The notes under the pieces were generated by a model, which ran no database searches, was not told the DNA's origin, and saw nothing but the letters and a program-made list of their open reading frames with translations. Both the position numbers and the translations under genes were made by a program. Below are positions 35,598 to 44,879 of a DNA stretch of 64,000 nt, piece after piece; positions within the stretch are counted from its first letter, which is position 1; every line of letters starts with the position of its first letter. Source of the DNA: Thermodesulfobacteriota bacterium (GTDB lineage Bacteria > Desulfobacterota_D > UBA1144 > Nemesobacterales > Mycalebacteriaceae); assembly GCA_965205855.1 (NCBI GenBank), contig OZ242184.1:959454-1023453 (forward strand), given 5' to 3'.

Positions 35598-36833
35598 ATG
35601 AGTCTCATAGTTCAAAAATACGGCGGAGCCAGCGTTTCAGACATTGACTGCATCGGGCGCGTTGCGGAAAACATCATCAGGTGCGCGAAGAAAGAAAACG
35701 GCATTGTGGCGGTTGTATCCGCGATGGCAGGTGAAACAGACCGCCTTACAAACCTCGCGCGCTTGGTTATGAACCCTCCAGACAAACGCGAGCTTGATGT
35801 GATTATTTCAAGCGGAGAACAGGTTTCATCGGGACTTCTGTGCATGAAAATTAAATCGCTCGGACACGATGCGGTTTCTTTTCAGGGACATCAAGTGCGC
35901 GTAATGACTGACAACTCCTTTGCCGGAGCAAAAATAAAAACCATTGACGACAGTAAAATCAAGGACGCGCTGACAGCCGGCAAGGTTGTGGTCGTGGCGG
36001 GATTTCAGGGAGTGGATGACGAAGGGAATGTTACCACTCTAGGCAGAGGCGGGTCGGATTTAACCGCTGTGGCAATCGCTTCTGTTCTCAAAGCGGACAG
36101 TTGCGAGCTGTATAAGGATGTTAACGGTATCTTTTCAGCCGATCCTTCTGTGTGCGAAGGCGCGGCAAAGTTGGACAAAGTTTGCTATGAAGAGATGCTT
36201 GAAATGGCAAGTGCGGGTTCAAAAGTTCTCCAGGCGAGAGCCGTGGAATACGCAAGCAAATTCTCAATACCTCTTCATGTGCGCCCCGTGAACGCTCCTG
36301 AGAAAGAGGGAACATGGGTTATGGAGGAAAACGTTATGGAATCAATGGAAGAGGCAATAATTTCGGGTGTAAGTTCCGACAAGAATCAGGCGAAACTCAC
36401 GATAACCGGAGTTCCCGACCAACCGGGGGTCGCGGCAAATATCTTTTCAGCCCTTGCCCGGCAAGACATATCGGTTGATATGATTGTTCAAAACATCAGC
36501 CGTGACGGATTCAATGATGTTACCTTCACAGTGCCGCGCGCGGAGTTTGCAAGAGCGGCGGAAATAACTCGCGAGGTGTCGGAAAAACTGGGCTCAAAAC
36601 ATATGGAGTCCGAAGAAAGCATCTCAAAAGTGTCACTTGTGGGAATAGGGATGAGGTCTCATTCCGGCGTGGCAGCGCGAATGTTTGAAACCCTGGCGCG
36701 GGAAAAGATAAACATAATGATGATAAGCACGTCTGAAATTAAAATCTCCTGCTTGGTGCGTGAAGACCAGACCGAGCCGGCCGTACGCGCTTTACACAAA
36801 GAATTTTTTAAAGAAACCACAGGTGGAAAATGA
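35598..36833 (+). CDS. lysC: Aspartate kinase
   Basis: IVQKYGGASV N-terminus and two C-terminal ACT domains. Confidence 0.95.
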   Translation: MSLIVQKYGGASVSDIDCIGRVAENIIRCAKKENGIVAVVSAMAGETDRLTNLARLVMNPPDKRELDVIISSGEQVSSGLLCMKIKSLGHDAVSFQGHQVRVMTDNSFAGAKIKTIDDSKIKDALTAGKVVVVAGFQGVDDEGNVTTLGRGGSDLTAVAIASVLKADSCELYKDVNGIFSADPSVCEGAAKLDKVCYEEMLEMASAGSKVLQARAVEYASKFSIPLHVRPVNAPEKEGTWVMEENVMESMEEAIISGVSSDKNQAKLTITGVPDQPGVAANIFSALARQDISVDMIVQNISRDGFNDVTFTVPRAEFARAAEITREVSEKLGSKHMESEESISKVSLVGIGMRSHSGVAARMFETLAREKINIMMISTSEIKISCLVREDQTEPAVRALHKEFFKETTGGK

Positions 36834-38407
36834 GCGACAAGGTTGAGATATACGACGTAACACTGCGGGACGGAACACAGGGCGAGGACATATCCTTTTC
36901 TGTTGAAGAGAAAATCCTGATAACCGAAAAAATCGCCGATCTTGGAGTAAGTTACATAGAAGGCGGATGGCCCGGCTCAAACAACCGCGACAGGGAATAC
37001 TTTGGGCGCGCCCTCTCTCTGAATACGGGCGATTGCACGGTCAGTGCGTTTTCAAGCACTCGGCGCGCGGGAGGTTCGTGCGACAAAGACGCCAACCTTC
37101 AGACGCTTCTTAAAACCGGTGTCTCGACTGCTGCTATTGTCGGCAAGAGTTGGGATTTTCATGTTGACAAGGTGCTTGGAACAACACTTGAGGAAAACCT
37201 CGCGATGATAAGCGAGTCGGTAAGCTATCTGAAAAACCGGATGGAAAACGTGTTTTTTGACGCAGAGCATTTCTTTGACGGATTCAAGGCAAACCGCAGC
37301 TACGCACTGTCTGCGGCGCGTACGGCTCTTGATTCCGGAGCGAATGCGGTTGTCCTTTGCGATACAAACGGCGGCTCAATGCCGTGGGAAGTGGAACAGA
37401 CGATTGCCGAAACAATCAAACACCTCGGAGGCAGTGCGCCGCTTGGAATTCACACCCATAATGACACAGAACAGGGAGTGGCAAACACCCTTTATGCCGT
37501 CAGAGCGGGCGCAAGACATGTGCAGGGCACAATCAACGGCTACGGGGAAAGGTGCGGCAACGCGAACCTCTGCTCAATAATACCAAACATATCTCTTAAA
37601 CTGGGGATGAAATGCATTGACGATGAAAAAATGAAAAAACTTTATGAAACCGCAAATTTCATAAATGAGATTGCAAACCTTAACCCTTTGAAAAAGAAGG
37701 CTTTTGTTGGAGAAAGCGCTTTCGCACACAAAGGCGGAATCCACGTAAGCGCGGTAGTCAAGGACCCGGAAACATATGAGCACATAAACCCCGAACTTGT
37801 CGGGAACCACAGAAGGGTTCTGGTGTCAGACCTTTCCGGCAGGGCAAACATAATAGCAAAGGCGGCGGAGTTCGGTGTGAAGATTGACCCTCAAGATGAA
37901 AAGGTACCCGGTATATTGAGCGAACTGAAAAAACTGGAAAACCAAGGATACGAGTTTGAAAGAGCCGCCGCGTCCTTTGAACTTCTTGTGAGAAAACATC
38001 TGGGACTTTACAAAAAACATTTCTTTGTGCAAGACATCTCAACGGAAGTGAAACGCGAGGGACGGGACAACAAACCGGTTTCATCGGCGAGGGTATCGGT
38101 GACCGTTAACGGACAGGTTGAGAGCTCCCAAGCTTCGGGAAACGGTCCCGTAAACGCGCTTGACAAAGCGCTCAGACAATCCCTTGAACGGTTTTTCCCT
38201 GGTATCCGTGAGCTCAGACTTAAAGACTATAAAGTCCGCGTGGTGTCGTCCTCAAAGGGAACGGACTCGATTGTTCGAGTTCTCGTCGGGTCGGGAGACG
38301 GCAGGGACTTGTGGAACACTGTCGGAGTATCGGAAAACATAGTTGAAGCAAGTTGGAAAGCGCTGATAGACAGTATTGATTACAAACTTCTCAAAGACAA
38401 AGCCTGA
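36830..38407 (+). CDS. cimA: Citramalate synthase / 2-isopropylmalate synthase family
   Basis: VEIYDVTLRDGTQGE, HTHND, and a C-terminal LeuA-type regulatory domain. 525 aa fits CimA. Confidence 0.8.
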   Translation: MSDKVEIYDVTLRDGTQGEDISFSVEEKILITEKIADLGVSYIEGGWPGSNNRDREYFGRALSLNTGDCTVSAFSSTRRAGGSCDKDANLQTLLKTGVSTAAIVGKSWDFHVDKVLGTTLEENLAMISESVSYLKNRMENVFFDAEHFFDGFKANRSYALSAARTALDSGANAVVLCDTNGGSMPWEVEQTIAETIKHLGGSAPLGIHTHNDTEQGVANTLYAVRAGARHVQGTINGYGERCGNANLCSIIPNISLKLGMKCIDDEKMKKLYETANFINEIANLNPLKKKAFVGESAFAHKGGIHVSAVVKDPETYEHINPELVGNHRRVLVSDLSGRANIIAKAAEFGVKIDPQDEKVPGILSELKKLENQGYEFERAAASFELLVRKHLGLYKKHFFVQDISTEVKREGRDNKPVSSARVSVTVNGQVESSQASGNGPVNALDKALRQSLERFFPGIRELRLKDYKVRVVSSSKGTDSIVRVLVGSGDGRDLWNTVGVSENIVEASWKALIDSIDYKLLKDKA

Positions 38408-38415
38408 CCCGTTTT

Positions 38416-39267
38416 TTATCTTCCGAAAATTCCGGAGAGCCTGTTCCACTCTTTAATGTACCGCTCAAGATGGCTTCGTCCCAAAGCGGCTTCGGTTGCT
38501 ATCATCTCCCTGACAAGTTCCTGCTCTTTTTCATATTCCCCACTGTCAAGAAAGCCGCCGAAATGAGCAAAACGCAACCAGAGAAGATAGGTTGTGAGAG
38601 CGTCAAATTCGTTGTATCTGACTATGTCGTCAGTCCCGCCCTCAAGCCACATCGGGGCGACTTCATTTCCGTCAAAGCCCATTTTACCGGGTATCCCGGA
38701 CAATCTTGCAAGTTCGTTAAGCGACGGAGTTGATCTGTTCCCGCCCACTATTGTCATCATGTCAACATTCCAATCGCTTGCGGCAGAAAAATAGTCCGCC
38801 CCTTCCCAGGGTTTGTCGGGCCTGCGCGCAAAGGACGGAACGGAAAGACCGTTTGTAACAGCACGCTGCACAAGAATTCTCAAATCCGCGCGCACGGAGT
38901 TGTAGCCAACCACCTGAGGTTTGTCCCTGCCAACCGCCTCAAGAAACGTGCCTACTATGTGAGTCTCCAGTTTTTTCTCTTCAGAACTCTCCCCTACCTG
39001 AGGAAGTGAAAGCAACCTGACCGTAGCACCGTCGTCTTGAGAGAAAGTCCTCGCAACCATTGAAATGGAAACAACCCTACACAGAACGGTCTTCAAAAAA
39101 GGTCTGGGGTCTTGTTCGGTCGCCCCGCCCTTTTTCCACATCTCTTCCATAACATCGGCATCGGTCATGTCTTCGGGCAGGTCATAAACAAGCCTCCCCG
39201 CAACAGGGTCGGGAACCCACTCAACATCAAACGCCCACACTTTGTGGTGAACTGATTTAAACATCAA
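38416..39267 (-). CDS. PolB-exonuclease-like 3'-5' exonuclease (DEDDy)
   Basis: ExoI FDVEW, ExoII GYNSVRADLRIL, ExoIII YNEFDALTTY. Confidence 0.65.
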   Translation of the reverse strand: MMFKSVHHKVWAFDVEWVPDPVAGRLVYDLPEDMTDADVMEEMWKKGGATEQDPRPFLKTVLCRVVSISMVARTFSQDDGATVRLLSLPQVGESSEEKKLETHIVGTFLEAVGRDKPQVVGYNSVRADLRILVQRAVTNGLSVPSFARRPDKPWEGADYFSAASDWNVDMMTIVGGNRSTPSLNELARLSGIPGKMGFDGNEVAPMWLEGGTDDIVRYNEFDALTTYLLWLRFAHFGGFLDSGEYEKEQELVREMIATEAALGRSHLERYIKEWNRLSGIFGR

Positions 39268-39273
39268 AATTTT

Positions 39274-39504
39274 TCAGCCTTTCATACCGTTGTCTTTTGC
39301 CATATGGCGCAGGCAGGTTGAGAGCGCAAGCATTGTGGGAGACCAAAGTCCCACAAAGATACCGAGCCGCTCCGCGGCCGCGCGCATTATCATGTCATCT
39401 CCCATTCCGCCCCACAAAAACCAGGCTCCAAGAGAAAGAGCCACTGAGGTAAGCCCTCCAAGAAAGAACAGTTTGCTGAGAAACATATAGGTTGAGTTTT
39501 TCAT
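39274..39504 (-). CDS. Small two-TM membrane protein
   Basis: Two hydrophobic segments: LFFLGGLTSVALSLGAWFLW and LGIFVGLWSPTMLAL. Confidence 0.4.
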   Translation of the reverse strand: MKNSTYMFLSKLFFLGGLTSVALSLGAWFLWGGMGDDMIMRAAAERLGIFVGLWSPTMLALSTCLRHMAKDNGMKG

Positions 39505-39669
39505 TGATACACACCTCCGTATTTGAGTATAAAGACAAAACCGTTAACAGCAAAAGCAACAAATCCCTTTCGCAATCCCTTACATTCTTGACTTGTTTTG
39601 ATAAACCCTTAGTTTTTTAAGCAACAGGGATGCCAAGTAGGCAATACCAAGACCTGTTATGGAGGAAAA

Positions 39670-40866
39670 ATGAAAAAGAACATCTTTCTAATAGGTGGAA
39701 ATGCTCTCTTTGCGGCTTTTCTTGCCTTGACAATAGTGTTTGCCTCACCCGTCATGGCGGATGAGGATGACGATGTCGCACCCTCGCCTCCTTCAATAGG
39801 AGCGGATATTCCGCTGACATACTTCGGTCCCGCGCCATCGGATGTCAAACCCGAATTGATAGGCCCCTATCAACTTATGAAATCCGGAAAACTGGATTTG
39901 GAAACGGGAACCATCACGCTTCCGCTTTACAGAGGAGTGATGGGAAAAAGAGATGTCTGGTATATCGTTACCGACACCACCGACAAGTCCAATGCCGAGG
40001 CGCTCGGAATCAACCATTCACCGAAGTTGCACTACTCAAACGTTGGTAATGCGGTCCGGACGGCGACTCTTATAACCGACAAAAACAACAAAGCCATGCT
40101 GAGTTTCAAATCCGGAAGAGTGGACTTTTCACCGAAACGCAGTGTTGTTCCGGGCAAAGCCCCAAATTTCTTCCCACCTGCGAAGGCAAATCCCGGTTCC
40201 GTTGGAGACAAAGACTATACGCCTTTGGTAAGGGTTGAAAATGCCGGGGGACACATCTACAACGCCCCGGTTCTGGCGTTTGGAGTCAGCGCGGACAAGT
40301 TGAACAAATTTTGCGATGAGAAACCCGATCACTCTGTTGTTCACGACAAAGTTAAAAGTATTTGCCCGCGCGAGGGAACCGTAACCGTGGAGCTGACCGC
40401 CGGATTCAGTTTTTCGCGTCCGGTTTTGTATATTTCCACAGAAGGCGCGGACCCGGTGGTCGCCACGCTTGAAGGAGCGACTTACACACCTGCGCTTAAA
40501 GACATTCCCACCGGCGGAGACGACAGTCTGTTCAGCGCAGTGGAGCGTATCTTCGTCGCAGTCAACGGACCGACAGGAAAAAACAATCCTCAGCGGCAGG
40601 GGCTCAACAGCGCCCTTTCAGACGGACGCACACCGCTTAATGTTCTTGGTGGCATTCCGACAATCGCCACGGACTACAGTCCACTGTGGGACTTGAATCC
40701 TTTTGTCTGGACAGAAAAAGCCATAAAAAAAGGATACCGCTCCAGACTGACGGAGGAGTTTGACATCCTCGGAAAAGTGGAAAACGGACATCTGGTTGGA
40801 CCCGGAGAAAAGTTCGGCTCCATCGGAGTTGTTGTCAACTGTCCTATTGTTTTCCGTTTTCTGTAG
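39670..40866 (+). CDS. Secreted hypothetical protein
   Basis: Signal peptide MKKNIFLIGGNALFAAFLALTIVFASPVMA. 398 aa, no recognised domain. Confidence 0.55.
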   Translation: MKKNIFLIGGNALFAAFLALTIVFASPVMADEDDDVAPSPPSIGADIPLTYFGPAPSDVKPELIGPYQLMKSGKLDLETGTITLPLYRGVMGKRDVWYIVTDTTDKSNAEALGINHSPKLHYSNVGNAVRTATLITDKNNKAMLSFKSGRVDFSPKRSVVPGKAPNFFPPAKANPGSVGDKDYTPLVRVENAGGHIYNAPVLAFGVSADKLNKFCDEKPDHSVVHDKVKSICPREGTVTVELTAGFSFSRPVLYISTEGADPVVATLEGATYTPALKDIPTGGDDSLFSAVERIFVAVNGPTGKNNPQRQGLNSALSDGRTPLNVLGGIPTIATDYSPLWDLNPFVWTEKAIKKGYRSRLTEEFDILGKVENGHLVGPGEKFGSIGVVVNCPIVFRFL

Positions 40867-40900
40867 GATAAGACAGCCGTTACAACGGTTGACAGAAAAG

Positions 40901-40946
40901 GCAAAAAAAAAACGGCTTGCAAGCATACCGCAAGCCGTTTTTTTTG
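40901..40946 (+). terminator. Intrinsic (potentially bidirectional) terminator
   Basis: 10-bp stem aacggcttgc/gcaagccgtt with a 9-nt loop, an A-run before it and a T8 run after it. Confidence 0.75.
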
Positions 40947-41201
40947 GAGATTTGTTGTTTTCACACTTCGTTTGAGTTGACAGATTATTGGCGGTGTATT
41001 GAACCCCTTTGAGTTCGAATCCCCTATACTTACCAGTATGTTGCCACAAATAATCGCCCTGAAAACAACGAAAAGCAAAATTTACGTTGCTACGCCTTGT
41101 TTTTATTTGATTTCCATTCTCTGCATAATTTCAATCATGGCTAGGAAAGTACGGTACTAATCGTACGTTCGAATCCCTGTTTGGGATTCATTGGAAACGT
41201 A

Positions 41202-42311
41202 TTATTCTTCGCGGTCTGGCAGCCTGTAGCTGGTGCTTCGTCCACCACCGGGGTTCTGAATAAAGATGCCTCGTTCTTTCAGTTCTTGAATATCACGAAG
41301 CGCCGTATCATTTGAACACTTGGCCAGCTTGGCGTATTTCGAGGTATTCATAAAGCCTTCAAAATCATCTTCAAGCATACGGTTGATGATCTGCCGCTGC
41401 CGATCATTAACAGGCTTTTGATTGATTATATCCCAGAGCTGCGCCTTGAACAGCACATTGCCAAGCGTCGTTTCAGCATTGCTAATGGCCCGGCCAAGGC
41501 AATCCAAGAACCATGACAGCCACTCCGTAATATCAGGTGTAGCGCGTTGTTGCGCTTCAAGTTGATTGTAATATTGTTTGCGCTCGGCTTCGATTTGGGA
41601 TGAAAGACTGTAAAAACGATCTGGCGTGCCATCTGCGCGAGCAAGTGCCATGTCACCAATGGCTCTGGCAATCCGTCCATTCCCATCTTCAAACGGATGG
41701 ATTGTCACAAACCATAGGTGGGCAATACCTGCTCTGATAACAGGATCAGTATCATCTTCACTTTCCAGCCATGTTAGAAATGCACCCATTTCCTTTTTAA
41801 GGCGCTCTGCACTTGGGGCTTCAAAATGGACCTTTTTTTTGCCAATAGGGCCGGAAATAACCTGTATGGGACCAGCGTCAATAGTGCGCCAGCCACCAAC
41901 GGTGATTTTGTGCATACCGCTGCGTCCTGTTGGGAATAATGCCGCATGCCAGTCAAACAAACGATATTTTGTCAGCGGCTTAGAGAATTGTTGCGTAGCA
42001 TCCAGCATCATCTCCACAATACCTTCAACGTCGTGGCTTGCAGGGATAAATCCGGCAATATCAATTCCGAGCCTACGGGCAATGGAAGAGCGCACTTCTT
42101 CTGGGTTTAGGTTCTCACCTTCAATGGCCGATGATTTAACCACGTCATTGGTTAGCGTGCTAAGAGAAGCCTCACGTTTAAGCTCAAAGCCAAGCCCCTC
42201 CATGCGCCCCAGCAAACGACCTTGGTGATGACGTATATCAGCCAGCTTGGACGCAAGGGTTTCTGCATCCCATATAAAGCTTGGCCAGTTTTGATGTTCA
42301 TGAATCCACAT
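41202..42311 (-). CDS. Fic-family protein (class II; DUF4172-type N-terminus, C-terminal wHTH)
   Basis: Fic motif HPFEDGNGRIARA, intramolecular inhibitory motif SSAIEGE ([ST]xxxE[GN]), N-terminus MWIHEHQNWPSFIWD. Start placed at ATG 42311; the tracked start 42320 is a GTG. Confidence 0.9.
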   Translation of the reverse strand: MWIHEHQNWPSFIWDAETLASKLADIRHHQGRLLGRMEGLGFELKREASLSTLTNDVVKSSAIEGENLNPEEVRSSIARRLGIDIAGFIPASHDVEGIVEMMLDATQQFSKPLTKYRLFDWHAALFPTGRSGMHKITVGGWRTIDAGPIQVISGPIGKKKVHFEAPSAERLKKEMGAFLTWLESEDDTDPVIRAGIAHLWFVTIHPFEDGNGRIARAIGDMALARADGTPDRFYSLSSQIEAERKQYYNQLEAQQRATPDITEWLSWFLDCLGRAISNAETTLGNVLFKAQLWDIINQKPVNDRQRQIINRMLEDDFEGFMNTSKYAKLAKCSNDTALRDIQELKERGIFIQNPGGGRSTSYRLPDREE

Positions 42312-42312
42312 A

Positions 42313-42413
42313 TTAATCACCGCATTATTTAAGGTGATTATAAGACTTATTCACCCCACGGTCAAAGCAATACCTGCACAATATGCGGTGATTAACGCTG
42401 CTATTCACCGCAT
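42313..42413. repeat. Three copies of the 9-mer TCACCGCAT (two direct, one inverted), including a 13-bp perfect inverted repeat
   Basis: ttaatcaccgcat at 42313-42325, atgcggtgattaa at 42383-42395, tcaccgcat at 42405-42413. Located at and just upstream of the Fic start. Confidence 0.8.
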
Positions 42414-42487
42414 CAATAATTGAATGACCATTTTGCCGAGGTCAGCAATATGGTCAGGCAGATGCTTGAGCATATTCATCCAGCCAG

Positions 42488-42514
42488 CAGAATGTGCAGA
42501 ATGTGCGGAATGTG
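42488..42514. repeat. 3 x 9-bp tandem repeat (cagaatgtg / cagaatgtg / cggaatgtg)
   Basis: Read directly in the intergenic region between Fic and the HTH gene. Confidence 0.85.
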
Positions 42515-42534
42515 TTGACCAGTTTCATCTGCTC

Positions 42535-42560
42535 GACTGTGCCGCATGACTGTGCCGCAT
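42535..42560. repeat. 2 x 13-bp perfect tandem repeat (gactgtgccgcat)
   Basis: Read directly. It shares the CCGCAT core with the 9-mers at 42313-42413. Confidence 0.85.
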
Positions 42561-42728
42561 AGTGACACCCCGAAAAGGTGACCAGCTCCGATGGCGAATA
42601 GAGAACCTGATAGTTTCCGTATAGCTGCATGACCTGTCTTATAACCTGGTTTCCTCGATAACTGACTTGATTATTCATCCATTCTCCTCTATTTTCAATC
42701 CATATATCCAGAGAAGGACATTAAAACT

Positions 42729-42920
42729 ATGCCCAATGATGACATTATGACCGTTAAAGAACTCGCCGATTATTTGAAGATTGCGGAGAAAACGGCCTAT
42801 CGATTCGCATCTGAGGGCAAGGTTCCGGGCTTCAAGGTGGGTAGCGCATGGCGGTTTCGAAAGAGCGAGGTAGATCGCTGGATCAGTGAGCAAGAACAAA
42901 ACAAAGAGGATAAAACATGA
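42729..42920 (+). CDS. Excisionase/MerR-type helix-turn-helix (HTH_17) DNA-binding protein
   Basis: [46 protein letters not shown]. Its stop overlaps the hsdM start (ATGA at 42917-42920). Confidence 0.75.
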   Translation: MPNDDIMTVKELADYLKIAEKTAYRFASEGKVPGFKVGSAWRFRKSEVDRWISEQEQNKEDKT

Positions 42921-44488
42921 CAGGAAACCAACAACGCGCTGCTCTACAAGGCCAAATCTGGAAGATCGCCAATGATGTTCGCGGTGCGGTCGATGGCTGG
43001 GACTTCAAGCAATATGTTCTCGGCACACTTTTCTACCGTTTTGTCAGTGAAAACTTTGCCAGCTATATTGAAGCCGATGATGACAGCATCGATTACGCCC
43101 GGCTTGCCGATGACGTGATTACGCCAGCAATCAAAGATGACGCCATCAAAACCAAGGGCTATTTTATCTACCCAGGTCAGCTCTTCGTCAATGTTGCCAA
43201 AACCGCCAACACCAATGAAAGCCTGAATACGGATATGGCTGACATTTTCGCTAAAATTGAGGCCTCGGCCAATGGCTACCCTTCTGAAGGCGACATCAAA
43301 GGCCTGTTTGCCGATTTTGACACCACCAGCAACCGCCTTGGCAATACGGTAACAGCGAAGAACGCACGACTCGCGGCTGTACTCAAAGGTGTGGCGGGGC
43401 TGGAATTTGGCGATTTTCACGGCAGCCAGATTGATCTGTTCGGTGATGCCTATGAATATCTCATACACAAGTACGCTGCCAATGCCGGAAAATCAGGCGG
43501 CGAATTCTTTACGCCGCAACATGTCTCCAAACTCATTGCCCAGCTTGCCATGCACAAGCAAACCAGCGTGAATAAAATTTATGACCCCGCCTGCGGTTCT
43601 GGCTCCTTGCTGTTACAAGCCAAAAAACATTTTGATGCCCATATTGTTGAAGAAGGTTTCTTCGGGCAAGAGCTCAACCACACTACCTACAATCTGGCGC
43701 GGATGAATATGTTTCTGCACAATATCAATTACGACAAGTTCAATATGCAGCTAGGCGATACGCTTATCAATCCGCACTTTGGCGAGGATAAACCCTTTGA
43801 TGCGATTGTTTCCAACCCGCCCTATTCGCTGAAATGGATTGGCTCGGACGATCCGACACTGATCAACGATGACCGTTTTGCGCCTGCGGGTGTGCTTGCC
43901 CCCAAATCCAAGGCCGACTTTGGCTTTGTTCTTCATGCCTTGAGTTATCTTTCCGGCAAGGGCCGTGCGGCGATTGTTTGCTTTCCCGGCATTTTTTACC
44001 GTGGGGGCGCAGAACAAAAAATCAGAAAATATCTGGTTGATAACAACTATGTGGAAACCGTGATTTCACTCGCGCCCAACCTGTTTTACGGCACCACCAT
44101 TGCCGTGACGATTTTGGTGCTGGCGAAAAACAAGCCTGACACCAACATCCAGTTTATTGATGCCAGCGGTGAAGAATTCTTTAAAAAAGAGACCAACAAT
44201 AACCTGATGGTTGATGCGCATATTCAAAAGATTATGCAGATGTTCGACAGCAAGCTGAAGGTCGGTCACGTGGCCGAAACCGCGCCCTATGAAAAGATTG
44301 TTGCCAATGATTACAATCTGTCGGTCAGCTCCTACGTAGAAGCGAAAGACACAAGAGAGGTGATTGATATCACTGAACTCAATGCAGCAATCAAAACCAC
44401 CGTTAGTAAGATTGACCAACTGCGTTCCGATATCGATGCCATCGTTGTGGAGATTGACCTGCCTGCCGGCAGGCAGGAGCATGAGTGA
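42917..44488 (+). CDS. hsdM: Type I restriction-modification system, methyltransferase subunit
   Basis: HsdM_N-like N-terminus [32 protein letters not shown] motif DPACGSG, catalytic NPPY ([10 protein letters not shown]). 523 aa. Confidence 0.95.
   Translation: MTGNQQRAALQGQIWKIANDVRGAVDGWDFKQYVLGTLFYRFVSENFASYIEADDDSIDYARLADDVITPAIKDDAIKTKGYFIYPGQLFVNVAKTANTNESLNTDMADIFAKIEASANGYPSEGDIKGLFADFDTTSNRLGNTVTAKNARLAAVLKGVAGLEFGDFHGSQIDLFGDAYEYLIHKYAANAGKSGGEFFTPQHVSKLIAQLAMHKQTSVNKIYDPACGSGSLLLQAKKHFDAHIVEEGFFGQELNHTTYNLARMNMFLHNINYDKFNMQLGDTLINPHFGEDKPFDAIVSNPPYSLKWIGSDDPTLINDDRFAPAGVLAPKSKADFGFVLHALSYLSGKGRAAIVCFPGIFYRGGAEQKIRKYLVDNNYVETVISLAPNLFYGTTIAVTILVLAKNKPDTNIQFIDASGEEFFKKETNNNLMVDAHIQKIMQMFDSKLKVGHVAETAPYEKIVANDYNLSVSSYVEAKDTREVIDITELNAAIKTTVSKIDQLRSDIDAIVVEIDLPAGRQEHE
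44458..44477 (+). repeat. Perfect 20-bp GC-rich palindrome (cctgcctgcc|ggcaggcagg) overlapping the GIY-YIG Shine-Dalgarno
   Basis: Read directly. The 3' arm runs into AGGAG (44475-44479), 8 nt upstream of ATG 44488. Confidence 0.85.
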
Positions 44489-44739
44489 TGTTTTACACAT
44501 ATATTTTACTATGCAGTAATGGTTCTTATTACAAAGGTTTCACAAATGACCTTGAGAAGCGCTATCAGCAACATTTAAACGGCACTGGTGCAAAACATAC
44601 AGCAAAGCATAGGCCCATAAAAATAGCTTACTATGAAACCTATAAAACAGAACAAGAAGCAGTTGCGCGTGAAAAGTATTTTAAGTCTGGTTCTGGTCGT
44701 GAATGGTTAAAGCAACATATTGAAGGGCTAGAATCATGA
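44488..44739 (+). CDS. GIY-YIG nuclease-family protein (UPF0213/YhbQ-like)
   Basis: [29 protein letters not shown]...REKYFKSGSGREWL. Its ATG shares a base with the hsdM TGA (TGATG). Confidence 0.85.
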   Translation: MFYTYILLCSNGSYYKGFTNDLEKRYQQHLNGTGAKHTAKHRPIKIAYYETYKTEQEAVAREKYFKSGSGREWLKQHIEGLES

Positions 44740-44879
44740 GCAATGTGAGTTACATGGAGAAACTGCTGGATGGTGCCGAGGTGGACTGGAACGCAGTGGA
44801 TAAAGATGAGCATCTTTCTGCCATGCAGCGCATCTGGCTGGATCTGATTCTTAAAGCAGAAAGGGAACTATATACTTGA
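44736..44879 (+). pseudogene. 47-codon ORF whose first 18 residues resemble a type IC HsdS N-terminus (hsdS 5' remnant)
   Basis: MSNVSYMEKLLDGAEVDW followed by unrelated sequence and a stop. Its ATG overlaps the GIY-YIG TGA (ATGA). A hairpin gctcccc/ggggagc follows directly at 44881-44905. Confidence 0.4.

Noticed and set aside
40989-41007. tggcggtgtattgaacccc considered as a degenerate direct repeat of the tRNA-Ser 3' end (tggcggagagggagggattcgaaccc) marking attL
   Set aside because: Only the terminal TGGCGG and an ATT-GAACCC block match, and a deletion of several nt is needed to align them. That is too weak to call without an alignment statistic.
42454-42899. Two 74-aa minus-strand ORFs between Fic and hsdM, considered as a possible Fic antitoxin
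   Set aside because: One spans the tandem-repeat intergenic DNA and the other is antisense to the well-supported HTH gene. Their compositions are odd (Cys/Tyr/Gln-rich). The Fic protein already carries its own class II inhibitory motif, so no separate antitoxin is needed.
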